The notes under the pieces were generated by a model. The model saw only the letters and a program-made list of their open reading frames with translations, had not been told where the DNA came from and made no database searches. From Octopus bimaculoides (taxonomy: Eukaryota), in contig NC_068981.1 in the NCBI RefSeq assembly GCF_001194135.2, positions 79,454,839 to 79,492,863 on the forward strand: a stretch of DNA of 38,025 nt. Reading direction: 5' to 3'. The position numbers were made by a program, and so were the translations under genes. This document shows positions 11,821-24,326 of the stretch, piece by piece; positions within the stretch are counted from its first letter, which is position 1; the number at the start of each line of letters is the position of its first letter.

Positions 11821-12479
11821 ACATGCCTGAAGGAAACAAGAAGTTACTTACATGCTAGAAATAGTACCTGAATCTCTCTCAAATTTTATCTTACTGTCTT
11901 AAAAACATATATATTGTCATGAATAGTATATTACATGACACAGTTTCTGTCTTTCAAAAAAGTAGCAGCAGTTTGAGAAATCATTCTGAATTATCAAAAT
12001 TCCTTTCAAGAGTCTTATAATCTGTTAAATTCACTACTTTTGTGTGGATAGCTTACAAATAGTACATTTTTATTGCTAGCTATCAAATACAATTTAAATG
12101 AATAATAAAGATATGTAGTTTTAAGCAATTTCACATATGAGTATTCATTGTAATATAACCGCATTTGAGATAGAGAAAACAGCTTTCTAAAAGATCGAGA
12201 TTTATTGGTAAATATACTCATTGTTGTTGCTTAAACATCCTTTATTTTGTTTATGATCTTTAAATATCAGCAGCAGAAGTAAGATAATAAAAAAGAAGTT
12301 GATAAATTAAGTGGTCATAACTAAAACTATTGCATGTCATATATCATTAGGATTGATATATGATAACATTAGGATTGATGATAACAAGATCAATTGCGAT
12401 GAGGAGAAAGCGTGATGATTTTGAGTTGGTCTTGGTCATGAGAATTCCAGTTATTCAACCAATAGAACCACCTACTTGT

Positions 12480-12900
12480 CGAATCACTTAAAGTGAAGGG
12501 TAGTTGCGGAAGAGGGAGACCCAGGAAGACATGGGATAAAGTATTGAAGGTCAATCTCAAAATGCTGAACCTTATGAAAGAGATGACAGGGGGCCGAGAT
12601 ATGTGGCCAGTTGCTGTACTTAAGACCTGCCCACCACAGCAGAATTAAGATCATAAAAACCAAGGTGCCACATAAAAGACATTGGAGTGGTCACTGGTGC
12701 CATGTAAAAAGCACTGGTGCTGGTGCCACATAAAAAGCACCCAGTACATTCTGAGGAGTGGCTGGCATTAGGAAGGGCATCCAGCTGTAGAAACCAAGCC
12801 AAAACAGACTAAGGAACCTGCTGCAGCCAGTTACTATCATGCCATCCAACCCAGGCCAACATGGAAAATAGATGTTAAATGTTGATGATGATGATGATGA
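12480..12900 (+). mobile_element. RTE LINE 3' fragment with (GAT)n tail, divergent subfamily
   Basis: KVKGSCGRGRPRKTWDKVLKVNLKMLNL (GRPR motif), then ggcattaggaagggcatccagctgtagaaac...gatgatgatga. Confidence 0.85.
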
Positions 12901-12904
12901 AGAT

Positions 12905-13190
12905 ACAGGCATGGTTGTATGGTTAAGAAACTTGTTTCACAACCATGTTGTTTTGAGTTCAGTCCCACTGCATAGCACGTATATGTCCTGCTCCTGCCTG
13001 ACAAGTGGTGTTGGTTTGTTTATGTTCCCATAACTCAGTGGTTCAGCAAAAGAGATCAACAATAGGCAGCAGACTTAATAATAAGTGTAGGGATTGATTT
13101 CTTCATCTGAACAGAGAGAGAGAGAGAGAGAGAGAGAGATGGTACCCCAGCAAGGCCACAGTCCAATGACTAAAACATGTAAAAAAAAAG
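12905..13190 (+). mobile_element. SINE type A, internally deleted
   Basis: Head and tail match 6515-6890; the central core is missing. Confidence 0.7.
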
Positions 13191-14221
13191 TGGCTATTTC
13201 CTAGATGGTTGTACCTTAATGTAATTCTCAGCCAGACTCACTATAACAGTATAAGGCTGGCTCTTTGAATTGCAGGTATTGTTTATCTAATGGACTTCAA
13301 CCAATTTTCTGTCTAATCACAATGCATAGGTTGATAACCTGATACTGTTAGAAGACACATGCCCACAGTATAGCATACAGTGAAGTAAAGTCAAACCATG
13401 GATTTCCTAACTACAAAATATAAAGGAGTATGTACATAGCTTTAAATTTTTTAACACTTTTATTCCGGCCAAATTCAGTTATTTGTAACACATTTGTTTT
13501 GAATAGCTTACGATCAAACTAATAAATATTAAAGAAAAGAGCAACTCTAACAGACTGAGAAGAGATGAACAAGAAAATTATATTGAAGTCATTTTTCATA
13601 AATGATAAATCAAAAAATGTGATGAGGGAAGGGTTAAGAGAAAGAAAACTGAAATCAAAGAATTACGCCACTAAGAAGAAATACTTCCTGAGTTTGATAA
13701 CATGCAAAATAAATCAAATTGATTTCTGACAGCTAATTTACTGAATATATGACAACACATATGACAACACAGCATGACATTTTGATAAAGACAAAGAAAG
13801 ATAGTATAAGTAAGCAAATAAGATAGATGTCTCATCTGATAAATAGCAGGAGCAGCTGAGAGATGCTGTCATAGATTTATGATCATATATCCTAAATACT
13901 TCTTAGCTGTAGCCATTGTATATCTCTTAGATATAATCTTATTCAAGTAAAAGTAAGACAACTACATTTAGAAAATGAATTAGATAATCAAGATTAAAAT
14001 ATTCTCTAACCCTGACCCCTTACACACATACAGCTGGTGAGCTAACAGCACTTTTATGTAGCTGATGTACTTATACTCCTAGGTCACTGTGCACATGTGA
14101 GTGTGTGTGTCCTCTTGTCCATCTTTGCATTTTTGTTATACCATCTTGTATACAGTTCTTATATGGCATGTAGCTGGTGTACCTACTTTACTTAGCATCA
14201 TACTGTTTAACGAATTTGTAT

Positions 14222-14600
14222 TGGCACAGGCACAGGCATGTGGTTGTGTGGTTGAAAATGCCTCCCAACCACAAGGCTTGAGGTTCAGGCCCATTGTGTG
14301 GCATATTGAACAAGTGTCTTCTACAATAGCCCTGGACCGAACAAAGCCTTGTGAGTGGATTTGGTAGATAGAAACTGAAGGAAGCCTACTATGTGCATAT
14401 GTGTGTGTGCTCACATCCTTCTTTTGATATCATGTGATTGTTATAAATGAATGTCATTCATTTCCAGTATTACCCTACTTAGAAACAGGTAAAAGTTGGT
14501 GACAGGAAGGCCACCCAGTCATAGAAAATCTGCTTTAATAAATTCTGCTTGACCCAAGAAAGCATGGAAAAGAAGACATTAAAACAAGGATGTTGATGAA
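14222..14600 (+). mobile_element. SINE type B (type-A head, RTE-like 3' tail)
   Basis: Head matches 6515-6660. Tail gacaggaaggccacccagtcatagaaaat...gcatggaaaagaagacattaaaa...gatgttgatga resembles the RTE 3' end. Confidence 0.8.
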
Positions 14601-15729
14601 ACACAATATCATTGTTATGTTTTCAGACATGTGAAGCATATTACTGTGGTTAGTGAAACATCATGTAACTGATGTACTTATAGTCATTAGCAAACATAAG
14701 AGGTAGGTTGTGAGTTTATAATCCTCTCTTTAAATTCTATAAAACATTGACTTAACCTCTCATTCTCCAAAGGCTGATAACAAAGATACAATTATTGTAT
14801 TTTGTCATGTATCTAAATCTGGATTACATGTGTAGGTTAGGTTTGTAGATTGCTTCTTGGCAGTAAGTCAGCTAACAAGAAGTCTGCTTCACTAAAGCTT
14901 AATAGAGCAATTTACTACTAAATGAGTTTTATACTGATGATATATGGGCAGGATATTCAATTAGTACCATTGGTACTCAATTTATGTAGTTTAAGCAATT
15001 GTGTAAATGTTAAAGGGTCAAACAACATTTATGAGTATTGTGTACGTTTGTTAAATATTAAATTAGCATTTTCACAATTGCAAGGTCATGGTTTCAATTC
15101 CTGGATTGAGCAGTGTATTGTGTTCTTGAGCAAAACACTTCACTTCACATTGCTCAGCGATCACTTCAACACCTAACATGTGGCAGATCATGCAGAAAGT
15201 TGCAGGCCTCTCCTTGGCTCTCCAAGCTGCAGACTAATGTACCAGTACCGGCTAAATACCTCTCATAGGCTGGTCTGAGTTGTTGTAGTATGAAGCAGTG
15301 GGTCAAGATATCATGTCATGCTCTGATTGGAGACCTGATCTGAATGTCTGCAAGAGAGTGGACTCAGCTGAAGATACCCAAGAGGTAGGTTGAGATATTA
15401 AACCATAAACAAAGTGACCAAGTCAGTCTACCCAGTGTTACCAAATGAAAATGTTCAAAAGGAGCTGAATTTGTCAAGATTATTATTAGAGCTAAAGAAA
15501 GTGCTAAAAATGAAATGGTGACATGTTGAAGTTAACAAAAAAAGCTAAATATGAAATTATATTTTTAACATGTACCAAATATAACATTTTTATAAATATT
15601 CTCCAAATGTATGTTTATGTGTTTTAAAATTGCAATATTCTTTCGTTATTATTGTCGATGTGAAATTATAACAATACAAGACTGAACCTTCTTTACACAC
15701 ACACACACACACTCACATGTATAGACACA

Positions 15730-16170
15730 AGCATGGCCATGTGGCAAGAAGCTTGCTTCCCAATCACATGGTACTGGATTCAGTTCCAATGCATGACATC
15801 TTTGACAATGTCTTCTACTATAGCTCCAGGTCAACCAAAGCTCTGTGAGTGAATTTGGGATGCAAAGTCTGAAAGGAGCTTGTTGTATTTGCGTATGTGT
15901 GAGTGCTTGTATGTGTGCATGTGCCTCCTTGTCTTGACATCATATGACAGATGTAAATGATTGTCAGTCGTAAAAGCAATGTCATCTATTTCCAATATAC
16001 TACAAGAACGTGTTTAGCCATGGAGAAATATTACTTTGTTTGGAAACAGGTGAGGGTTGGTGACAGGAAGGGAATCTGGCTGTGGAAAATCTGCCTCAGT
16101 AAACATCACCCAATATGAAAAAGTGGACATTAAAATGATAATAGACATGATGATGATAGAAATGATGATG
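15730..16170 (+). mobile_element. SINE type B
   Basis: Collinear with 14222-14600; ends in (GAT)n. Confidence 0.8.
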
Positions 16171-19099
16171 ATATATGTAAATATATTTGCTATGTGTATA
16201 TGTATTTATGTGCACATACAATGTTTCATAGTTTCGTTTTTTATTTTTTTTGTATTTTCTTTCATGAATTATTTACAACTTTGAATAAACAACATTCACA
16301 ATCCAAAACATGCTTTAATCTTTAATTGATTTAAAGAAATTGGGATCTGGAATAATTTAATAATCTTAACAATGTGAATTACAATCTGCACAAGGTGATA
16401 GTTAATGTCATTTCCAAAAAAATTAGGCCAAAGAAAAGACAGTTGGATGTTTACCCAAAATGCTCTAATAGATATGAAGTAAACAAATCATTAAAAAGTT
16501 CCTTGTATTGCTCAGTATTTTGATCTGGCAACTATATCCCCTCAATTTTTATTTTTAAAAACATTTTGGTTACCAAGAAACTGTGGGTTTATTTACTCAC
16601 CACATCTAACAATGAAGAACTGCACTGATATTGGGTAGCAAGTATGAATAATTTTTCCTTAATTGCACTACAGAAACAGAATTCATCCATGTCATCTTGT
16701 TTGCCAAAGTGAAACTGGTATATTAAGAAATTGGTACATTAAAAACTATTGCAAATGTACCGATGGAACAGCCAGGCACCAGCTTAGCCTTGTTTGCTCA
16801 GAAACTAAAGATGTTCAAAATGCTTCACAAATGTGCTCACATGCATTTTTATAGTGTTTTGTGTAAATGGAAACAAAATGCTAAAAGATATTAAATTATT
16901 AAAATTAGATCTAAATTAAGAGTTAGGTGCTAAGAAACTACAGCTAAATGAATAAAAAAGAAAAAGTGCTACATTTAGCTCCAAAAGAACTAAATTGGCA
17001 ATGCTGAGTCTATCACTGAAGAACATGTACAGTCCAATGGGCTTCCATACAGTTCTTCAGCTACTTAATTACTCTTACAAAGTCAGTTCTATTTGAAGTT
17101 CTACTTCGAACTATATAATTACAAAGAGAACAAACGTCTTAAACACAAGGCAATGCACATACTCAATTCAAACAGAGATAATTATAAACATAATTGTTTA
17201 GGATCATTAAAAAAACCCTCTCCCTGAATAGTTTTCAAGTAATTACTGGGAGTGGAATGGAAAATTAAATTTAATGTCACAAAAACCAGTGACTGAAATT
17301 GAAGAAATATGTGAAGAAATCAAATCGACAAGGATACAATTTTGAAATACATAATGATTAACTTGTTCCACTGCAACAACGTGGACACCAGAAGAGGAAG
17401 AGAGACAAACAAAGAGAGAAGTTTAATATAGACTTTAGAGAGCTAAGGAATAAAAGATATTACAGTATTTATTTATTCTATAAAATCTTGCGTGATGACA
17501 TAAGAACAAATCTTTTAATTTTTGAAAGAGAAATCTGAAGAGAATCTAGGCAAGGTTTCTAATACCATGAGACACTCTGAACTGTACTTCCTCAATTATC
17601 ATATTTCTGTTACACACTTTACAGATCCAACCAAACCTACAAAATATTTCCGACCAAACCTCAAATGTATTCCACAAGATGATCTGCCAGACTATTTTGT
17701 TCTTTGCTTGTATTGCTTCACTCAGGAATAATACTTCTTTCAGTTATGTTCATTTTAGCATATGATCTGTGGTGGTTCATGCTCAGTCTTTTAGTTTTCT
17801 TCTAAAGTTCATGCCTTTTAATGCATTCTTTTATTGAGAGAAAAATAAAAGAGGAAAAAAAGTCAATGAATAAAAATTGAAAGTAAAAAATTGCTAAATA
17901 ATAAACTTCATATGGTTAATAAGAAGCTAAACTCCTCAACGAATATTTGTTTTTTCTTAGACTTATATATTGGGGATGGGAACATTAAAATCTAATGCCA
18001 TGATATACGAGAAAAATAACTTCTTTATTTAGTATTTATATACTTTAATCTGACCACTTCCTTTTTAGCAATTAACAAGGAAACTAAATAATTAAAATCA
18101 AAGAAATACTGATTATTTACTTCATACTACTTATAACAGGGTATTTGGTTTCATTTATGCTACATTCCTAGAAACAAAAGGCCTTGTTGGGGAAAATGGG
18201 TTTATATTTTTCCTATCAGAATTTGAAAAAGAAAGTGTGAACGTTAAGAATCATTTGTTCTTTTGCTTTGGCCAAACAAAAGAAATACAGGAAAAACATT
18301 TAGAATGTACCCAGGTTGTTTTGATAGAACAAGGAATGCTTAAAATGGAAAATAGTGCTAATTGGTCATTGTAATAATTTTACATCTCTTAATTTTACCT
18401 ATTTCTGTTTTATTTTTCTTCCTCATAAAAAAAAAAAAAACTGTTTATGTGAAAATTAATGAAATCAGAATGATAATCAATTACAATTTTGGAAGGTTGA
18501 ACAGAAATAAAGAAGAAATATTCTAGATGATGAAAGCTTTGAGAATATTTTAATAAAGAAGTGAAAGACTGAAATATTAAATACCACCTTTTCAAGCAAA
18601 ATCTAAACTTCAATTAAGTTTCATTTAAAAATAAAAGCAAGCATTATCAAACAGATTTTTTTCCTTGCACTTATCTCACTACTCTTTCAAACTGAAGTGT
18701 GAGACAAAGTGCTAACGCCCATGTAAGCATAAAAATATTACAAAACTGGTATTTATCTATAAATTTAGTAGCATTGTGCAGACTAAGAAGTGAATGGCTC
18801 TTTAGATAGGAATATCAATCTACTGTTAACAGCATCCACAGAAGGCAATATGACAAAGTAAGGCAGGTAGAATTTAGTGTTATGATTGGTAGCAGAATCA
18901 ATAAAATGCATGTCACAATACAACAGTTGAAAAACTCAAACTTTATCATTCAACTTCCCCACAGTCATTTAGTGTGTGTATAAATATGTGTGGTGTAAGT
19001 GTGTGTATGTGTTGGCTCTTTTGTTGTCACTTGAAATTTGTCAACAAACTACGTGGTAATTTCCATGGACATATCGAAGTGGAAAGAGAAAGCTAATGG

Positions 19100-19240
19100 G
19101 TTGTACATGCCTGTTGTTTCTGTGTGTGTGTGTGTGTGCTTGTTCTTGTTTGTGTGCGAGCTTGTCTTGTGTGTGTGCATGCATGCTTGTTCTTGTATGT
19201 GGGTGTGTGTGTGTGTGTGTATGGACATGCTTGTTCTTCT
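19100..19240. repeat. (TG)n tracts punctuated by a repeated GCTTGTTCTT motif
   Basis: Directly visible; the motif recurs about 4 times. Confidence 0.8.
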
Positions 19241-19444
19241 CTTCTCTCACCGGAAACTCTCTCCCCCAGGACAAATGCAACTAATTTAGCAGCCCACCTT
19301 CTTAATCTAACATTGGCATATTCATATTCTCCTTTCTCTATCTTTATTGATTTACGTACTTATATATGCAGCACCAGTAATGCTTAAATCTACGTTTTTA
19401 TGATGTCCATAATGCTTATACTCACAACGCAGTCAACACCTACT

Positions 19445-19750
19445 CCTACCCCCAGTAGGGGTAACAATCATAACACGCTTGAATGTTTGAATGATGACAG
19501 GTCAAAAGTGAGAACAGGTGTAGCATGTCTATCAAACGAACACGGAAACCTTCTTCTTTTCAGGCACTGAATAACATTTCCCCTCCCCATGCCTCCTCCC
19601 ACATTCCTTTCCCAGTTTTTTGAGTTGGCACTGTCAATGTAGGCACACTGAAAGGTAGGTCTAGTGAGATTGTAGAGATGCTTGAACGGAGACGTGTTGA
19701 TGTATGCTGCATACAAGCGGTAAGATGGAGAGGAGCTTCAGCTAGGGTCT
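19445..19750 (+). mobile_element. RTE LINE 5' fragment (AP-endonuclease N-terminus)
   Basis: From 19624 the plus strand reads VGTVNVGTLKGRSSEIVEMLERRRVDVCCIQAVRWRGASAR, matching the EEP first-strand motif TxNVxTL...DxxxIQExRW. Confidence 0.8.
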
Positions 19751-19945
19751 ATATTTAAGTAAATCACAACCATTTTTGATACTGGACATAATTATGTTTC
19801 TCCGAAACAAATACACACATCTATTCTTATCACCAGCAAAACCAGAGAGGCCGTTGTTTGAAATGAACCTATTTATAAACACACATGGTTCATGTGATGC
19901 AAAAAGTGATGTATTTTATAAACATGGCCAAAATGTTTTAAGTAT

Positions 19946-21402
19946 TGTATAGTGAAACTGTACGTCCCTCCTAGTAAAAGTAGTAGTAGCCAGCCATTAT
20001 AATTAGACCAGTAGCCAGTCGACATGGGGAAGGTCGAGAAGGTAGGATGGACATGTAGACCGTGCTGATAGTCGTGCCTGTGCTGTTATAGTAATTCTAC
20101 TGTCATACTGAGTGGACGCTATAACGATCCAACCATTTGAGGATAATAACACTGTACAACTGAGGGTCATACAGTGCCAGATAGAACCATTCTATCAATG
20201 ATTTCCGAATATAACAGTATCTGTCAGAGTGACAACAGTCGTCACAAGACAGATACAATAGTGGCAAAAGACTGCTTTACAACAGTGGAGACGAGGAAAA
20301 ACATATTTACATGGAGTGAAAAAAAAAAGAAACATTCACATAGAGAGTTTAAACTAATTCATGTGGAAAATAAAATACCTCAAAAAAAAAAATCTTGTAG
20401 TGCAAACTTACGAAAATCGTAAAATATGGAAGACTTGTTACCTGGGATAGCTGAGTTGTAAAAACAACAACGCAAGGGATAGTGAGAACAACAAGGATTA
20501 TAGCAGCAAATATTACATTTAATGAAGTTGATAACCAATCCGGAGAATAAATTTTCACCTGACCATGCAGCAAATTCTATAAGTGAATTCAAATATAACC
20601 CTGAAGAAGGAGTAACCTTTGAGGCTTACTTTCGAAGATTTCCACAAATTTTTGAGAAAGAATGTCAGGATTGGATGGACAAAATGAAGATGCATCTAGT
20701 ATTAAGAAAACTAGTGACAGCAGAGCATGAGAAGTATAGTGACTTCATATTGCCAAAAAAGTGTCCGACATAAATTTCACCGTCGCTAGATGGAAATGTT
20801 TAAACATAGCAAAGAGCGAAGATGAAGACTTCACTACTTACACTGGCAGAGTCAATAAAGAATGTGAGAAATTTAGGCTAGATATACTTACTCTGGATTC
20901 TCTCAAGTGTTTGATTTTTGCACAAGGATTGACAGATAGAAGAGATGCAGAAATTCGAATAAAAATTCAATCAAAACTGGAAATGAACCAGAATTTGACA
21001 TTGCAGAAATTGTCCGAAGAGTGTGACAGGATATTAAAATTAAGGCAGAACAGGGAAGTATTTCAAAGGAAAGAGTGTTTCCACATAAGACCAGTGCAAA
21101 AAAGTCGGAAGACAAATAAAGTGTTGCAGACCCATGTATGGCATGTGGTGGGGTGCAGTTGCAAAAAGATTGTCCATATAATAAAGCAAAGTGTTTTCGC
21201 TGCGGGTTTACAGGACACATAAAATCGCACTGCAAAACTAGAATGATAGGAAATTGGAACAAACAAAAGAAAAACGAATAGTTTGTCAGCAGGAAAAGTT
21301 GTGACTACAAAAAACAGAAAATTCGTGAATGTGAGAATTGAAAACATTGGTGTCAGAATGCAGGTAGACACAGAATGCAAGTGATATCACAATCATAAAT
21401 GT
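19946..21402 (+). mobile_element. 5' half of a decayed Ty3/Gypsy (K02A2.6-like) LTR retrotransposon: putative LTR, PBS, gag, start of protease
   Basis: Gag motifs EFKYNPEEGVTFEAYFRRF and FAQGLTDRRDAEIRIKI. Knuckles CMACGG.QLQKDC and CFRCGFTGHIKSHC (21135-21233). Protease VRMQVDT(G)ASDITII. PBS-like TGGAGACGAGGA at 20286-20297 after ...TTTACA. The LTR start is approximate. Confidence 0.85.
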
Positions 21403-21404
21403 AA

Positions 21405-21520
21405 CTGATACTTAATTTATTGACCCCAAAAGGATGAAAGGCAAAGTCAATCTCGGCGGAATTTGAACTCACAACATAAAGACAGATGAAATATCGCTAA
21501 GCATTTCTGCCAGCTCATCA
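21405..21520 (-). mobile_element. SINE type C fragment at the Gypsy breakpoint
   Basis: Reverse complement matches 9690-9810. Confidence 0.8.
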
Positions 21521-21640
21521 CATTCCAAATGAGATATATTATCAAAGCAACTGTTACACACACACACACACACACACCAAAGCTTACAAATATGCATAAA
21601 AATATTGCAGTTTATGAGTTTTAAAAGTGACATATATATA

Positions 21641-22132
21641 CAGTAATCCCTTGCCATATTGCAATTCACTTATTGCGCCCTCAGTACATCGCAGATTTTT
21701 CTGGCTAATGTATGTAAATTTATATCATGGACTCCTCAAGTATATCGCGGGTTTCTGCGACCAATAGGTTATTTATATTTTTTTTTAGATTTTAATTATT
21801 ACTGTGGTAAAATAAGCATTTTCATGCCTAAAAATTAAACAAACAAATAACAATACAGTACAGTACTGCACTGTATAACACATTAATTAAAATATATCAA
21901 AAGAAAATATGCAGTGTACCGTAGATGAGTAAGCAAAGAATTGTGCACACTGTATGGAAAACGAAAGTAGGGAGGCCAGTGTGTGGTGGTGTTTTGCATT
22001 TATAATAAAATAAATATATACAAATTATAAAAATAAAAATATATATACAGTACAGTAGTGTTTCCACTTTACGCATTTTCACATATCACAGGGGTTTTGG
22101 AATGTAACACCCGCGATAGTCGAGGGTTACAG
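21641..22132. mobile_element. Tigger/pogo-type MITE (~490 bp)
   Basis: TA|CAGTAATCCCTTGCCATATTGC...CCGCGATAGTCGAGGGTTACAG|TA: degenerate TIRs with a TA TSD. Confidence 0.7.
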
Positions 22133-23139
22133 TACACACACACATTCACATATACAGTCTAAAACTACACACGCACCCTATCATCTATAGACATGCATAC
22201 ACAGGCATGCAATAGGATTTACAAATGCACATACAAACATCTGCAAAACATGAAATTACCACTGAAGTCAAGAAGGCAGCATCTAATTGGTTACTATCAA
22301 CTAGCACCATCCCCCAAAATTTCAGAGCTTGTGCCTATAGTAGGAAAGATTATAAGGTTGAAACTCAAAGAAAAAAAAGAGTTATAAAGGTGTAAGTTAT
22401 AAAATAAAAGTATACCGTTTTGGACATAGTCCTTTGTCAGATACAGAGAAAAAGTTCAGAGAAGGGGAGAAAGAATGGAGGAAAAGAAAGAAGAAAAGAA
22501 AGTCAGGAAAAAAAGTGCGTGTGCTTAACTCACATGTTCAATGCCTGGGTTACACACACACACACACAGATAGATAGATAGATACCGTAAAAACCCATGT
22601 AATTTGCACACATGTATAATTTACACAAATGATTTTCAGGATAAAAATTGTTTTAAAAAAGCTTCTACTCGTGTAAAATTCGCCCCCAAAAGTTTTCAGA
22701 ATGGCCGATATGGGAAAAGGTTTTCAACTTAGTTGTATTTAGCATGATTTCACTTACTTATGATTAAATTTTATTAAATTGTCATTAAATAAAAATAATT
22801 TCTGTTTAACAGGTATCACATTGAAGGATATTAAATTACGAAGTGTTTGTGTTGTTTATAATAAACTTTATTTCACATTTCTTGCCCACAAGAGATTATG
22901 CATACTTCTGTATGTCTTCTCAAATCACGATCACAACAGAAGTTGTTGATAATTCTAACCAACAAAAACAAAGCTGATAAATACGTACAAATGTTGCAAA
23001 ATAAACATCAGCTTGGATGACACTTTACTCTACCAACAGAGGAAGCTGACCAATCAAACTGATTATGTAAACAGAATTCTGATTGGTCGAAAGTGTCTTC
23101 TTGTCTCAAGCTCTGATTTTCTGTCTATTCTTTTCTTTT

Positions 23140-23320
23140 TTTACTCTAGGCACAAGGGCCGAAATTTTGGGGGAGGGGACCAGTTGATTAGATCGACCTC
23201 GGTACGCCACTGGTACTTAATTTATCAGCCCCGAAAGGATGAAAGTCAACTCGGCGGAATTTGAACTCAGAACATAAAGACAAACGAAATACCGCTAAAC
23301 ATTTCGCCCTGCGTGCTAAC
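23140..23320 (-). mobile_element. SINE type C nested in the pogo element, cut by the gap
   Basis: Matches the reverse complement of 9700-9880; retains many CpGs, so probably young. Confidence 0.85.
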
Positions 23321-23330
23321 NNNNNNNNNN
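23321..23330. other. Assembly gap (10 N)
   Basis: Directly visible. Confidence 1.
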
Positions 23331-24260
23331 AAGCAAACTTTAAAATTTGTCATTACCGTCTAAGCCGGGAGAGGAAACTGATAGTTTGGTAACCTGCTGA
23401 AATAAACATTAAAAAGCGAAAGGAGGAAATAAACAGCTTTGCAAGTGTTCTTCTTTTTTCCGAACAAGAGAGGTGCGAAACTTAAGAAGCGACTTCTTAG
23501 AATATACATGTCTGTGAGGAGACATAAACAAGAATAGCAAGAATCTACTATGCCAAAAGAACTGGTAATACATACATTACAAGTATTCTATGAAGAGAAC
23601 ATAAAATTGCTGCATAATTCAACATGAAATGACATTAAACATCCTATAAGGTAAAAGAAGGTTTCTGTAGGAAAGCTAAGTCATATTCACTTAGTGAGTT
23701 CACATGCACAAGGATGAATTATGTTGTCGGCGGCGTTAGGTGCAGTAAGAGCTGGAAGCGGCGGTGATGAATTTCAGTGTCCTAATGCAGAGAAAGCGAG
23801 CAATAGCTCCCTGGAGGCAAACACAAGATAAACTTCTTAAGTGGAGGAAAAAACGATCTATTTAAGGAAATTGCTCGGCTCCATTACGACAGATAGAAAC
23901 TTGAAGCAATGCAAAATATGGCCCAGGCTGTGATTACCAGCATGAACGTCAAACTTCAAAAAGCAATTAACCATTTAATGGTTTCAGTAAATTTATACAG
24001 AAAAAGTAAGCATTATACTGTTCAGCATACATAAAAGTCAACTACATTATATTTTTTGTGTGAAAACCTATTCTGACATTAAATGAGTCAACTTCCCGTA
24101 CGAATGTTTACATTTGTACGTCATTTTCCAACAAAAAAAAATTTCTAAAAAAATTCTGGAACCGATCTACTTATTTAATTTATACACCTCCTACAGTTTA
24201 TTTTTGTTTTTGCGGAAAAAAGTGCATAAATTACATGGGCTTTTACGGTGTGTATATATA

Positions 24261-24322
24261 CAGGGGTTGGACAAAATAATGGAAACACCTAGCATCATAG
24301 CATCATTATTTTGAAATATCTA
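24261..24322 (+). mobile_element. Isolated Tc1-like terminal inverted repeat
   Basis: TA|CAGGGGTTGGACAAAATAATGGAAACACC; no partner TIR seen in the window. Confidence 0.5.
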
Positions 24323-24326
24323 TAAA

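Larger units (their letters stand above)
22585..24248 (+). mobile_element. Internally deleted pogo/Tigger DNA transposon spanning the assembly gap
   Basis: Left TIR TA|CCGTAAAAACCCATGTAATTTGCAC. The right end's reverse complement is CCGTAAAAAGCCCATGTAATTTATGCAC. The internal relic ELEAAVMNFSVLMQRKRAIA resembles a CENP-B-type HTH. Confidence 0.7.

Noticed and set aside
13451-13637. Additional piggyBac-type MITE
   Set aside because: Only the right end (AAGGGTTAA) is convincing; the left end is too degenerate.
18096-18374. 92-codon stop-free plus-strand frame (VFGFIYATFLETKGLVGENG...)
   Set aside because: No recognisable homology, only weak splice signals, and a few frames this long are expected by chance in 38 kb x 6 frames.
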